A program made the translations under genes and the position numbers. Positions 37,089-50,470 of a stretch of 64,000 bases of DNA are shown piece after piece. Under the pieces are notes generated by a model that worked only from the letters and a program-made list of their open reading frames with translations, was not told the origin of the DNA and did not search any database. This DNA comes from Isurus oxyrinchus (lineage: Eukaryota). Position 1 is the first letter of the stretch. Each line of letters starts with the position of its first letter. The DNA lies in the NCBI GenBank assembly GCA_026770705.1, contig JANJGN010000002.1, forward strand, positions 45,694,001-45,758,000, in the 5' to 3' direction.

Positions 37089-37811
37089 AGGATGGTCCTG
37101 ACATCCTCACCTTGCATCTGTGAATGTTTGACTCCTGTGTGGCTGACAGCAGCGCACATAACCTCAATGCTCAGGCTCATGTCATGGAGACACAGCGGAG
37201 GTCCTAATAGTCACTAGAATCCAGGAGGATGGTGATGACATGCAGTAAGAGGACACCCCATAGATCTTCACATTGCCTCTGTGAATGTCTGACTCCTATC
37301 TGGCCGAGGGCAGTTCAATTGTGCTCTGTGATCAGGGTTATATCATGGAGATGCAGCCGTGAAACTTTTAATAGATTTGATCCTTTGTCAGCCTTCAGCA
37401 CCTGATTCCTTCAGGAGCACAGTGTCACTGGTCACAGGTGCTGAAGAGATGGGGGGCCAGCCTCACCTTAAAGGTGTTGAAAGCAGATAGAGAATGACGG
37501 AACTCTGTGACACCTGGCTACAAAATTCTGGCAGCAATGACAAGCACCATGGAGGTACAAGCATCACTTATGTGTCCAGTGAGTGTGAAGCCAGACCATC
37601 ACTTTGGTCTGAAGGTTACACACTGCAGGGAGGAGGCCCTGGACTGAGATACTTGCCTTTATCTTGCGCAGGAACCAAGGTTTCACTTCTGAGTGACATG
37701 AACACTGCTCATCAGAACAAGCAGCCATAGACAGGGGGACATTCTTGGGAGTTTATTTACAATGGTGAACTTTAGGTACAAGTGATTAACACCTGTGCCC
37801 AGGCTATGTAA

Positions 37812-39521
37812 CTATATCTTCTTAACCTTCCTAACCCTTGGTCTTGGTGCTCCCTGGCCATCCACAGTGGAGGTGGAGGCAGCCTGCTGACTGCTATGCC
37901 CTGTCTGTGATGACCTTGATGGGCGTCCTCTGGAGGGCTGAAACCTGGAGGGCCCCACCCTGCTTTCGGGGCCCTGCTGTGTGGCACCCTCCTCAGGCTA
38001 CGGAGCTGGAGCTGCAGGGGGCACAGGAAGAAGGGATTCAGATGGGCCAAACACTCCTGGAGTTACCTGGATGAATGGCCCTGGGGTGTGCATCTACTGA
38101 TCCTCCTCCTTATGGGTGCCCAATGGCCCCTGGCTGAATCCTTGAGGAGAAGGAGTGAGATTGAGCTGCCCCACACCCCTATCATGTTTACACTGTTGGA
38201 GGCCAACTATCGCGTCAGCAATGGAGATTAGCTCATGCAGCAGTGCAGGGCCGATGTCCTGGCCCAAGGTCTCCATGGTGGCTGCCATCCTACCAGTGTT
38301 GACCTCGGTGCATTGGCATGCCGGCGCTATCACCTCAGACTGAAGACAGACAGACTCTTCCATCGTGCCTTGCACTCTGAGGAGTATAACAGGCATCCCT
38401 TCCTGATGTTCTCGAGCTTGCCTTTGCATCTCCAGCAACTGAGGTATGGCCGAGTCCAGAGGCTCATCATCTGACTTGGACTCAGCAATTCCCTGGCCTC
38501 CAGCAGTCCTCCGAGTGCCGGATACCTGGGAAGCCCCTGCCACCACCTTCTGTGGATCAGACAGTGCGATGTGCTCACCAGATTGTGACCCCAAGGCTAT
38601 TCTAGAACTAGTTACCACCGAGGTGTGTATCTCTGCTCTGGTGGAGGGTGTGGGTGAGCGCTGTGATGGGTCATCAATTAGGGTGTCATCCGATTCTTCT
38701 TCCGAGGTCTCTTCAGGGCTTGAGTCGAGGACCTGGGTTGTGGACCCCCTCGGCTGCTTCCCAGACGTGCCTGTGAAAGCAAGGAGAGATAATTAGTGCT
38801 TGGCAGGGGACTGCGGAACAGAAAAACTCACTCACAGCATGGATGTCTGATGGATGTTGCACTGCTGGATCCTTATTTGGTTGAGCATTACTGACCTCAC
38901 TGTCAGCACAGAAATAGTCCAAATCATTGCCGGCCAGCTGGATGACTCTATTTTCAAAGTCTGTGAGGACCTTGATGTCGGGCATTCCTCCATCAGTCTA
39001 TGACCTCTCCCTTTGGTTGTGTGCCAGCTTGTCCTGCATGAATACAGATGGAGAGAGTGTAAGCAGGATGCCTGCCAAGCCAGATGAGAAGGATGCCTGG
39101 CAAGTGCGGGAGGTGAGTGGTGCAATGGATGAGCTGAGGACATGGTCCGCAGGTCAGATGAAGGTATGTGCGAGAAAATGAATGCTGATGTCCCTTGAAC
39201 TGGCAGTGAGTGAGGCCCCTATGGATATGTGATGGTTTGTGGGTGTGTGAGTTGAGAGTGATGAGAAGAGTGACTTACCCAGGTGGAATGGAGGAGATCA
39301 TTCATCCTCTTTCTGCACTAGGTTGCTGCCCTCTTTTGCAGGGCATTGGCGCTGACCACCACTGCTGCTGCCTCCCATGCTGGATTGGTGACCCTGCTTG
39401 CTGGTCTTTGTCAAGAGTGGGGGTAGAGGACTTCATGGTGGGTCTCCATTGCATCCAGTAGGTGCCCATGGGAGGCATTGTGAAATTTGGTTGTAGTATG
39501 TTTTCTTCCTTTGGCAGCCAT
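37812..39521 (-). pseudogene. Myb/SANT-like accessory gene of Harbinger 1, three exons, disrupted
   Basis: MAAKGRK...PAWEAAAVVVSANALQKR..CRKRMNDLL then GTAAGT; second exon with TDGGMPDIKVLTDFENRVIQL; long S/P/Q-rich third exon. Confidence 0.82.
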
Positions 39522-40859
39522 GACTTTCTACCAGCTTTCGATCCCTTAGAGAGTACTAGCTCTGTGCAGGGACACCCTTTTTAATATGATGCCTGGATTA
39601 TCGATGGCCTGAGGTGACGGTGGGGCATGTGAATCAGAGTCCGTCCTGCCAGCGATCTGGCGTGTTTCCCGTGAACGCATTATTAATATTGTGGGACGCG
39701 CCGGGAATGGGATGATACAGTGCGAGATCCCCATTGCGGCCGGCGGGTAAAACTTTTTTCACGCCCGCTACCGCACTTAGTGCAAACCTGGGATGATTTC
39801 TCTCAATGAGTGAACAAAAAAAAGTAGGAATTAGTCATCATCACAATCAGTCACAACTTCTTCAGCTCTAGGATGATACCATATTTGACATGGGCAGCTC
39901 CCAGTTTTCCTGGCAGAAGAATGGTGCCTCTCACTAGCACATTCTACTTAGCAGAGAGGAGGTAGCGCCTTCTGAGTTGGTCCTTAACACTGTCCAGTCA
40001 AAGCCTAACTACGATTAATGCTGAACTTGTACTGTGAATGGACTGTCTATCCCTGGATACAATGAGCCTACTCCCAAAGTTGTTGCAATTATATGTTATA
40101 ACCAGGGGCTTTCACTGAATGTCATATTATAGCTTTATTCTATTTCACAATGCTATTACTGACCTTGTCAGAACCATTTCTGACAAACTTTGACTCCAGG
40201 TTTACACCTCGTAATTTCACTGTGTGTTGTTTTGGAACATCAGCTGAGACCACAGCTCTTGTGCTAACTGGTTGCTGTTGGGAGCGTGACACATGTACAC
40301 GGCATTCTTACTGGAATTAATCCACTGCTTGAGGTTTTCTTTGGTGCTCAAATACATTGGGCCATCTGTGCGACTACATTCCTCAGTAACATACCAGCAC
40401 TGTGGTTCAGCCACTGAAGTTTACTTAAATTGCCGAAGATTTTTTTTTAGAAAAAACATTCCTTCTACATTCCAGATAAGCAGATGTCATTCCAAACTCA
40501 TGGTTGCATGTTATTATTTGTTAGGCTTTAGAACTTTTGCGTGATTCAGGCAAGTTTTCCTTTGAAGAAGTAATAATTCCTAGAGATCACAATCCTCGAC
40601 CCATGGCAGTACCTTTGTATGAGACAAATACTTAAGTCTGCAACCGAACGTCGGTGTGTATTCGCTCTCATATATGGTGCAAAATGCAACCAGCCCAGCC
40701 TCAGCCCAAAGATTTTTTTTCTTCTCATATCCCCTTTCTCTTAAATTTCTTTTATCCTTAAAATTGGGGCTTGTACTTCTGTTTGCCTATAAAGTGCAGT
40801 GTGTATGGACTGGGGCTATTTTCACAGGCCTGAACCTGGTAGAAATCATGAGGACGAAA

Positions 40860-42420
40860 GCAAAGCACGGCTGATGCTAGAAATTTGAAATAAAAACAGA
40901 AAATGCTCAGCAGGTCAGCTAGCATCTATAGAGACAAGCAGAATTCATGTTTCAGACTGATGACCCTTCACCAGAACTCAAGAAAAATAAAAATGTGATA
41001 GGTTTGAAGGAAGTGGAAGAGGGGGAGTGGGGGCGGGAAGAACAAAAGAGAAGACCTGTGATAGGGTGGAACTGGGCAGGAGAGATTAAATGACAAAAGG
41101 TTTCACATTGTGCAAAACCTTAAGAGAGAGGTAATGGGTATGGTAAAGAAAGATGTGTCTGAATGAGACGTGAATGGCTGCATAGTAGCTGTCTAATGCA
41201 GTGTGAAAGGATAAAAAACAAACTAAGACCAATCCAGCAAAAGAAGGGAACAAAATGGAGGTATGAGTTATGATCTCAAGTTGCTGAATTCACTGTTGAG
41301 TGCAGACGACTGTAAAGTGCTGAGTCGAAAGATGAGGTGCTGTTCCTTGAGCGTGCATTCAGTTTCATTGGGTAAGCCATGGACAGAAAGGTCAGAGGGG
41401 ACCAAGGTGGAGAATTAAGATGATGAGCGACAGGAAGCTCTGTGTCATGCTTGAGGACTGAATGGATGTTCAGTTCCACAAACAGTCATCAAGCCTGCAT
41501 TTGGTCTCCTCAAAGTAGAGGAGACCACATTGTGAGCAGCAAATACAGAATATTAAATTGAAAGAATTACAAGTAAATGGCAGTTTCACTCGGGAGGAGT
41601 GTTTAGAGCATTGCATGGTGAGAAGGGAGGAGGTAAAAGTACAGATGTTGCATTCCCTGTGCTTGCATGGAAAGGGAGGGGCTGTTGGGGTGACTGAGGA
41701 GTGGACCAGGGTGTCATGGAGGGAATTGGTGCAAGGGAGGGCAGGGCAAAATGTGTTTGGTTGTGGCATCATGTTGGAGGTGGCAGAAATGACAAAAGAT
41801 GATCTGTTGAGCATGAAGGCTGGTGGGCTGGAAAGTGAGGACAATGGGGAACCCTATCATGATTCTGGAAGAAAGTGGAAGGGATGAGAGCAGAAGTGCG
41901 TGAAATAGATCAAGCATAGTGGAGGGCCCTGTAAACCACGCTGAAAGGGGGATTCCTCGGTTAAGGGAAAAGAAAGACATGCTGAGACTGCTAGTATGGA
42001 AGGTTGCATCGTCTAATTAGATGTGACAGATACGGAGTAACTGGAAGAATGAATTAGAGGCCGTAGAGGAAGTGTGGTGTGAGGAAGTGTAGTCAAGGTT
42101 GTTGTGGGAGTCCATAGACTTGTGGTGAATATTAGTTGACAGCCTATCTCCAGAAATGGAGACAGAGAAGTCCAGGAAGGGAAGGGAAGAGTCAGAGATG
42201 GACCAGGTGAAGGTGAGGAAAGGTGGAAATTGGAAACAAAGCTGATGAAATTTTCCAATTCATGGTGAGAGCAGGAGGTGGCACCGGTACAATCAGAAAT
42301 AGAGATGAGAGAGGAGGTCTGAGTAGGACTGGAACAAAGACTGTTTTACATATTCCATAAAAAGGCTGACATAGCTTGGCACCATGTGGGTACCTATAGC
42401 AACACCATTGGCCTACCCTT
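40860..42420 (-). mobile_element. Penelope-like retroelement, 5'-truncated and decayed (RT plus GIY-YIG endonuclease)
   Basis: RT pieces (GVAIGTHMVPSY-like, ENFISFVSNFH, LPFLD-like); FTCNSFNLIFCICCSQCGLLYFEETKCRL and PVAHHLN endonuclease motifs; terminal repeat at 40860-41000. Confidence 0.88.
40940..40978 (-). ncRNA. Hammerhead ribozyme relic in the Penelope terminus
   Basis: Minus strand agttCTGGTGAagggtcatcagtctGAAACatgaattc; core mutated. Confidence 0.45.
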
Positions 42421-42737
42421 CCACCTTACCAGCCTCTTGTGTTCAACGGATCATCCTCCAACATGTTAACTCTGTTTATCTCCACAGAATTCATGAGGAA
42501 ACTGCTGTCTTGGACCCAAAGGTACAATCCCCAGGACTAAGATAACTTTGCGGGGGAGGAGGAGGGAGGGTGTTCTGGTAAAGGAATTGGGACAGAAGCC
42601 TAGGGCAAGGGAGGAATAATGATTTTTAGAGTCTGGAAGAGCACTTCTGCTCTCGGCCCACAAGAAAAATTCAATTTTACTAGCTTACCTGGTTTCTTCT
42701 GGTCACTTTCCTGTTTCCTGTCAGGTTCTGTGAATGG

Positions 42738-43830
42738 TTCATAGGAATAGGAACATAGGGCCGTGTAGCAGGAATAGGCCATTCAGCCCTCTGAGCTTGC
42801 TCGATCATCTATTTAATTCTCCCAATTACTCCGTGTCCATCGCATCTGATCTGATTGTGGTCTCAACTCCACTTTCCTGTCTGCCCACCTTCCCACTTGA
42901 CTCCTTCATCTATCAAAAACCTATCTAACTCAGCCTTGAATAAATTCAAAGACCCAGCCACCACTGCCTTCTGGGGCAAAGAATTGCGCACACTAACGGC
43001 CTTTTGAGAGAAAAAAATTCTTCTCATCTCTGTTTTAAAAGGGACTTTTCCAGAGCCACTTCATCCAATTCAGGGAGTCAGAGCCTATCCTGGCAGGCAA
43101 TGGGCACTAGGCAGGGTACATCCATCTATCACAGGGCAGACACTCACATTGAGGGACAATTTACCATAGCCAATCTACCTAACCAGTATGTCTTTGGGCA
43201 GTGGGAGGAAACTGGAGCACCCAGAGAAAACCCACACAGACACAGGGAGAATGTGCAAACTCCACACAGGCAGACACCCAGGGTCAGGACTGAACCTGGA
43301 TCCTTGGAGCTATGAGGCAGCAGCACTAACCACCGTGCGCTCAAAAGGGAGACCTCTTATTTTTAAATTATGTCCCCTACTTCTAGTTTCTCTCATATGA
43401 TTCAATAAAATCATCTCTTATTCTTCCAAACTCCAATGGGTAAAGTACCGGCCTTTTTAACCTTTCTTAATAAGCTGAGCCCTCTAGTTTGGGAATGAGT
43501 CAAATGAACCTTCTCTGAACTGATTTTAATGCAATTATATCCTTTTTCAAATAATGGGACCAAAACTACACACAATACTCCAGATGTAATCTCACCAACG
43601 CCCTGTACAGCTGCCGTGCAGCTTCAGAAATTTTATATTCCATTCCACTTGCAATAAACGCCAACATTCCATTTGCCTTCCAAATCGCTTGCTGTACCTG
43701 CATACCTTTTGTGATTCATGTACCAGGATACCCAGATCCCTCTGTACCTTTGAGTTCTGCAATATCTTTCCCTTTAAATGGTATATTGCTTTTCTGTTCT
43801 TCCTGCCAAAATGGACAAGTTCATATTTTC
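42738..43830 (-). mobile_element. CR1 LINE 3' fragment
   Basis: Reverse complement of the CR1 ORF2 C-terminus and tail; interrupted by a V-SINE. Confidence 0.88.
43045..43342 (-). mobile_element. V-SINE (HE1-like tRNA head and V domain)
   Basis: Minus strand gcacggtggttagtgctgctgcctca...tgtggagtttgcacattctccctgtgtctg; 8 bp TSD AAAAGGGA at 43037-43044 and 43343-43350. Confidence 0.9.
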
Positions 43831-44648
43831 TGACTCTGTGCTATTGCCACAATTGGTAGTCAAAGTTACATTGGGTCCTGGTTGTGTCGCAGGTCAATGG
43901 CATTCAATTATTAATAAGGCCTCCGAATATCTGGTGAGCATCTTTCCTGCAATCGAAAGCTCTGTGATTAAAATGTCGGTGGGTGAGAATCCATCGGGAA
44001 TGCAGCAGAAATTGCACAGCAGCCATTTTGGTAATCCCTGCGCCTGTTCCTGTTGATGTTCAGAGGTAAAATTAGGCCGGATCCTTTCCCTTCAGGATTG
44101 GTTCAATATTGCTAACAACAATTTCTGCTTGGGAACAAAGCTCAAATTCATTAAGTTGCCTCAGCCAAGGTTTAGCTCCTTAAGTATAAACATGTCTGGC
44201 TGCTGGGGAAGTTCTGATTTCGAAAACAAAACTTAATCCTTAGTTTGCCACAATAGTAGTCATGTAGTAGCCTGTAAATTCTAGCCTTTGCAATGTAAGC
44301 TTTAGTATCATTACTTTGTAAGTATTTTTGTGCGCTAGTGCAGGAATAATTGGTCCTATAGCAGGAGTAGTAAATGAAGTAATATCTATCTGTAATATGT
44401 TAAAGTTCTGAGATCAAAACTCCAAAGTGACATGAACCTGACAATAATGGTGGGCTGAAATCTACTGAGCTGATAGAGGTCCTGCCATTAAGGCTGAAAG
44501 AGGGAGGCAATCCTGCTTCTGCCGGTGGAGGAAGCAGGATGCATATTGCTGGCAATGGCTGAATAAGTGGCGGTGACCCACCCCGCACCCACCCCCCCCC
44601 CACCCCCAACCTGGGCAAAAAGCCCACAGGTGTAGGAAATTGCCCTCA

Positions 44649-45306
44649 TATCACAAGGCTATGCCCCTTTATTTTTGAAAATATGATGTTTAAATTTTTA
44701 ATTGCATGGAAATTTTGCAATTTGAACTGAGAACATACTGCTTAAAAATGCAAGGCCACATTCCAAGGTGAATGTGAGAAGTAAAGAAATCACCCTAAGG
44801 GTGGAGTGTGAAGAGAGAGACATTTCCTATAATCCAGGCACAGCTCAAAACTATCTATGGAAGAGGCATTAAAAATGCAAAGTAGTGGATATTGAAACAA
44901 TGCCTGAATATAGACAGATACACCTGAAAACTCTTGGAAATACACAATGGGTGAAGTATTTCAAGGCAAGGCTGCCCAGCCACCAGAGAGAGATTGCAAG
45001 TGACATGGGCTGTATCAGGAAAGTTTTCAGCAGAGGAAACAAGCCGAAGGCTGCTTTCTCTCCCCCTCTCTCTTTTGGAATAAGTGAGTTATCCGGTTTG
45101 AGAAGCCAACTCTACCAGAAACCTACCAGCAAACTGAGATCTCGTAATAATTGCAACATTTTCTACATCTGACTGCATCCAAGAATTCAGCTAGCTTAAA
45201 TCAGGCACAGCATTTAAAATTTACACCTCAAGGACAATCAAAGGACACCTAACTATATATTCTTTTACCCTTTTATTGGACTCTCACTCCCCTTATTTCT
45301 GATACC

Positions 45307-45349
<43 letters not shown>

Positions 45350-45602
45350 CTGATTGAATGCATGAGGGCCAAATGCTTGACATCGTGTTTTTATTATTTT
45401 TCTCAGGTTCAGTGGTTAATAAATTTGCTCTTTGTTTGACTCAAAACCTTGTTTGATTGGCTCCTTATTTCTCACAGCTTATATAGTTAAATGCATTCTG
45501 ATTTGGAAAAGGCATATCCAGAAACTTAAAACCTTTGCTGTGGCCAACCGAGGAGGTTGAATAGAGGGGAGCCAGTTCACCCCTTCTTGCCTAGTCGTAA
45601 CA
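44649..45602 (+). mobile_element. Probable solo LTR (ERV-like)
   Basis: Ends in gtcgtaaca; starts tatcacaa (decayed TGTCAC); flanks ctca / ctta; internal aataaa. Confidence 0.5.
45309..45348. repeat. (TG)20 microsatellite
   Basis: Directly visible. Confidence 0.97.
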
Positions 45603-46929
45603 CTTAATTGGTCCTTAAGTGGCTTATTTGGCTTCCAGTAAATGGTCAATGTGCTAACTTTCCCACTGCTGGCAGAACAACAGGCAACAGGAAGACATTG
45701 AGCATGCCCCCTGGTGCCTTCCCCTGCTATTTTTCCAACCTTTCTACCTCCCAGCCCGTCACCAAAGGACTAGTAAAAATTCCAACCACTGCCTCTGATA
45801 CTGACCTTGCCAGGGTTAGAGGGGTCAGTGGTGAGTCCCAGTTTGTTTTCTGGCCCTTCTGCAATATTTTCAAAAGAGTTCTGGTGGGGGTGTGTTGAAA
45901 ACTCTGTGGAGCTTCATCCCTCTTGTGTGTAACATGCTCTTCTATAAGCATTATATTAGCTTCCTGTCTGACTTTATTATCATACTTCTTTCATTGTGCT
46001 ATTTATATGTCATGATGGTCTGATGCTTTTTATGTTATACTTAAATTTTCTACTTTTAACACTTTTTCTTACATTTAAGTCTGGCTTATTCTTCCCATGT
46101 GACTCACTCTAGCTCTGGTCCTCCTAAATCCCACTGTGCAACTCCCAGCTGTGAGCTCCATGTTTAGAGCAGCTGTGCTTAATTATGATTATTTGCATAA
46201 AGATTTATTTATGCCATTTCAGGGAAACGGAACCATTCAAAAACACTTACTTCACTGTCTCTAGACACAAGTCTTAGAAACTGGCGTTGTGCTGCCCTCT
46301 TCACTTCCCTAGCCCAGTATCCCCCTTGCTACAGCTTAATCTCTGACTTCCCACGAGCAATGCCAAAGAACATATGTTAGAAATTTATTCAAAATAATAC
46401 CGCCAAATTTCCTCAGCCAGTTCAGTGTTAGAATGGGATGTATCGGAAGTAATGGAGGGCTGCACCTCTCAAAAGCAGGTTTTCCACAATATTTGCAATT
46501 GTTCATCCTGTATTGGGCCTTACCTGCCCCCATCTCTCACCTGTGGCTCCAAATAGTTTTTTGCATGTGACAGCAGCCACACTGCAGTAAAGAATTTTGG
46601 GTAGGCCAAACCGCAGATGAGTGTTGCCGATGGGCCTACTACCCTTGTTGGCTTAGGGATTTGTCTAGCCTGACATGTGAAGACTGATTCCAGCAGACTG
46701 GGTAGATGAGACAAATCTAAGATCCAATGGTCTTGAGGGTGGTCAGCACTGTGCTGTGAAATGCACAGGGCTTGTAAAAACACACAAGACAACTTGGGCA
46801 CCCGCTGCCTTTGGATCTAACTCCAGTCGTCTAGACTCACCCTGCCACTGGGCCAAGATAGGTCAGGACTCTCCCTCACTATAATCCAATTCGCATGCAA
46901 GTCATGTTTGGTTTCTTTCTATCATCTGT

Positions 46930-49372
46930 CATCTATCATCTGTTACAAGTCATGTGGCGATGGGTGAGCGACATAGTAGCATGTGTGGATTCACTGGGAG
47001 CTGTAGCTGTGAACCTGCATACAGCGGCTCCAGACATAGGGTCGTTTTTCTCCGGAAGAAAGTGGAAGTGGAGATCAGCAGCCCTCTGAGCGACTGAGCA
47101 GCCCTTTCCAGGACCATACTGCTCACCTCCCTAGTATGGGGATAAGACAAGGAAAGATGGCCTAAACATTATCTGCCTCATCTTCCTAGACAGCAGGCAG
47201 CGGCTGGCAGGGATTCCATCAACTGTAAGTCAATCTCAAAAAAGAAAGTAAAAGTATCACCTGTAACTGTAGGTGCATGGAATGTGTGTACGCTCAAGGA
47301 AAACTCCACAGCTGATATACCTGAGACTGCTCTTGTTGGCAGCCAGCTGGCAAGGTATAGAGTCCAGAGTGCTGCCCTCAGCAAGACTCACTTACCTATT
47401 GAGGGTCAGCTCAAGGAAATTGGTGCAGATTGCACATTTTTTGGTCTGTCTGTGGAAAAGGAGAATGGTGCAAAGCTGGTGTAGACTTTGCTGTCATGAA
47501 CCAGTAAGTTGACTTGCCTTCTCAAGGATGTTAATGATCATTTGATGGTGCTTAAACTCCTGTTGCATGGCAACAGGCAAGCAACTCTCATCAATATGTA
47601 TGCTCCTACCATGGCCAACTCTGTTAAAATCAAGGATAAAATCTATGATGACCTCCACTCTTTGATTGCTACTGTGTCAAACTCAGACAAGCTAATCTCT
47701 CTTGGTGACTTCAGCGCAAGAGTTGGTGCATATCATCAGGTGTGGGAAGGGGTCATTGGAAAAAAAAGATTAGCAGTTTTAAGAGCAATGGTCTCCTCTT
47801 GCTGAAGATGTGTACTGAGCATAAGCTCTTAATCACCAACTGTTTTTTGCCTCCCTAATTTCAACAAGATATCCCCAATTTCCACCTGTAAAGCTGAAAG
47901 GGACTCTTCCATCTTGTGACAATCTAGAAGAATCTCACTTTTCTCCATCGCCGGCAAAACCTTCACCAGATTTCTTCTAAACCTCTTAGTGCAACATCTC
48001 AATCAGGATCTGTTGCTAGAGTCAATGTGGTTTCAGAAAAGGTCGAAGAACCACTGATATGGTATTTGCAGTTAGACAGCTCCAGGAAAAATGACAAGAA
48101 CAGGACATAGATCTCTACACCACGTTTGTTGACTGACCAAGGCCTTTGACACAGTTAGCAGTGAGGGCCTTTGAAAAGTAATGGAGAAATTCAGCTATCC
48201 TGAGAAATTCATCACAATGGTTCAACAGTTCCATGAAGGCATGCTCAAGTGTGATCTGGATGATAGTAAGTTTAAGGACCATTTCCAGTCACTAATGGAA
48301 TTAAACAGGGCTGTTAGCTAGCTCCAACCCTCTTCAGAATGTTTTTCTCTCAAATGCTCTCTGATGCCTTCAACGATGGTGATCTTGGTATCAAAATCAG
48401 TTATTGCGTGGATGGGAAGCTGCTCAACCTGAAACATCTCCAGGCAAAGACCAAGGTCTCCATGGAATACTTCATGATTTTCTGTTTGCCAATGATGTGC
48501 ACTAGTTGCTGGTGCAGAGCTGGGCATGCATTGTATCACGGAATGTTGTCCAATGCATGTGACAACTTCAGCCTTATGATCAGCACGAAGGAAACTGAAG
48601 TAATGTACCAGCCTGCCCCAGAAAAGCCTTATCTGAAGCCCATGGTTTCAGTCCATGACCAGAACCTGTCAGCAGTGGATAAGTTCACTTATCTCAGCAG
48701 CACACTCTCTCAACTGGTCTATATTGATGATGAAACATCTGCAAGAATTGCCAAAGCAAGTGTAGCCTTCAACAGACTTTGAACATCAATCTAGGAATGA
48801 AGAGCAGTAAGTTTGCTTACTAAAATGAAAGCCTGTAGAGAAATAACCCTGTCCACTCTGCCCTACGCATGTAAGACTTGGACTGTGTACCAGCATCATG
48901 CCAAGAAGCCCAACCATTTTCACTTGAGCTGCCTTCAGAAGCTTCTGAAGATCAGATGGCAGGTCAAAATACCCAAGCTGGTATGCCAAGCATCCGCTCC
49001 ATATTGAGACAATCACAGGTGATTTGGGCTGGTCATGTAGTCGGAATGCCTGACATTCATTTAGCAATGCAAATCTTCTATGGAGAGCTTGGAGTCTGGG
49101 GTGTGCTCTCTTGATCGTCAAAGGAAGTGCTATAAGGACACTTGGAAGGCTTCACATAGGAGTTTTGAGTCCTGGGATTGCTGAACCTAGTGTAACCAAA
49201 TTAAAAAAGGTGTGGCCTCGTCCAAAAGCAATCACAGATCAAAGGCAGAAAGAAAACACGAGAGGAAATCCTGAGCCAGCAACTTGTCCAGGCTCAATCA
49301 TCTCTGGTATCCTGTCCTATTCACAGCAGAACCTTCTGGGTGCAGACTAGCCTTAGCAATCACCTATGTATC
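46930..49372 (+). mobile_element. RTE-clade LINE, internally deleted and decayed
   Basis: APE TVGAWNVCTL, LARYRVQSAALSKT, YAPT, LGDFSARVG; jump near 47875; RT TKAFDTVS, GIKQGC.LAPTLF, LFAND, FTYLSSTLS, ARIAKASVAFNRL. Confidence 0.9.
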
Positions 49373-49736
49373 CACTAATAATCCAGGATAATGCTCTGGG
49401 GTCATGGGTTCAAATCCCACAATGGCAGTTGGTGGAATTTAAACTCAATTAATAAATCTAGAAATATGAAAGTAGTCTCAGTAATGCTGACCATGACAAC
49501 TATCATCAATTGCCATAAAAACCCAGCTGATTCACTAATGTCCTTTAGGGAAGTAAACCTGCCGTCTTTACCTGGTTTGGCCTACATGTGACTCCAGATC
49601 CACAGCAATGTGGTTGACTCTTAACTGCCCTCTGAAATGGGCTAGCAAGCCTCTCAGTTCAAGGGCAATGAGGATGGGCAATAAATGCTGGCCTTGTCAG
49701 TGATGCCCATATCCTGTGAAAAAATAAAGAAAAAAA
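49372..49736 (+). mobile_element. tRNA-derived SINE (family A)
   Basis: B box gggttcaaatccc; body and A-rich tail match the other copies. Confidence 0.88.
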
Positions 49737-50049
49737 CCCACCGGAACCCTACCAAATGCCCCAGGTGATGAACATAGTTATCTACATCTCAAAGGACGAA
49801 CAAGAAAGAAAGAATAAATGCTATATTTAGGCTGATGGGTGGGGGGGTGAGTGAGTGTGGTTTAGTGGGTGGGCTAGTCCGAGAGGAACTTGAAAATTAA
49901 AATATATTTGATCGCCATCCTTTTCACCCACTCATGATAAATTCTAGGCCATTTTGTAGCAGATGCCATCTTGCTGCTCAGAAATGGGCTGGTATATGTA
50001 AATGCAGGACATAATGAAATGCCCACACCTCCCTTCCTGCAGCATTGTT

Positions 50050-50195
50050 AAGGCCAAAGACAGGATCTATTTGCTTAAAATTAAGTAACCGTAGAGGAAT
50101 TATCACTCCACTGGGTGTATATTACAGAACATCAAATAGTGGGAAAGGGATAGAAGGCAGGTTTCAGGCAAATTGCAGAAAGGTGCAAGAATATA
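50050..50195 (+). mobile_element. CR1 endonuclease fragment, left part (continues at 55142)
   Basis: SICLKLSNRRGIITPLGVYYRTSNS; rejoins VLIMGDFNYP after the Harbinger insertion. Confidence 0.75.
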
Positions 50196-50470
50196 GGGCA
50201 GAATCTTCCCAGATTTGCGCTAAGTACAGTAGCAGGCGGGGATAAAATGATATTTTACCCGCCGGCTGCGATGGTGGGTTTACACACTGTATCGTTCCAA
50301 ACCCACCACGTTAATTATGCACTCCCAGGAAACATGCTGTTTCCATCGCAGGAGGGCTCTCATTTGTCCACCCATCACTCCGCTGCTGTATTACACTGGG
50401 CGCCATGTTTAAAGTCCAGCTGCAAGCGCACATCTCAGTGCTTCCAGACTTCTGCTGCTGCACGGAAGAC

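Larger units (their letters stand above)
34686..39804. mobile_element. Full-length PIF/Harbinger transposon 1 (convergent transposase and Myb-like genes), decayed
   Basis: Imperfect 14 bp TIR gggtggaatcatcc / ggatgatttctctc (11 of 14 match); exact TSD AAT; both genes recognisable. Confidence 0.92.

Noticed and set aside
38446-38796. ORF duplicated at 51199-51549 (AESRGSS.DLDSAI...) as a conserved small gene
   Set aside because: It is the antisense frame of the Myb-like third exon in two copies of the same transposon.
40217-40414. Protein-like 65 aa minus-strand ORF
   Set aside because: No recognisable domain and no convincing acceptor.
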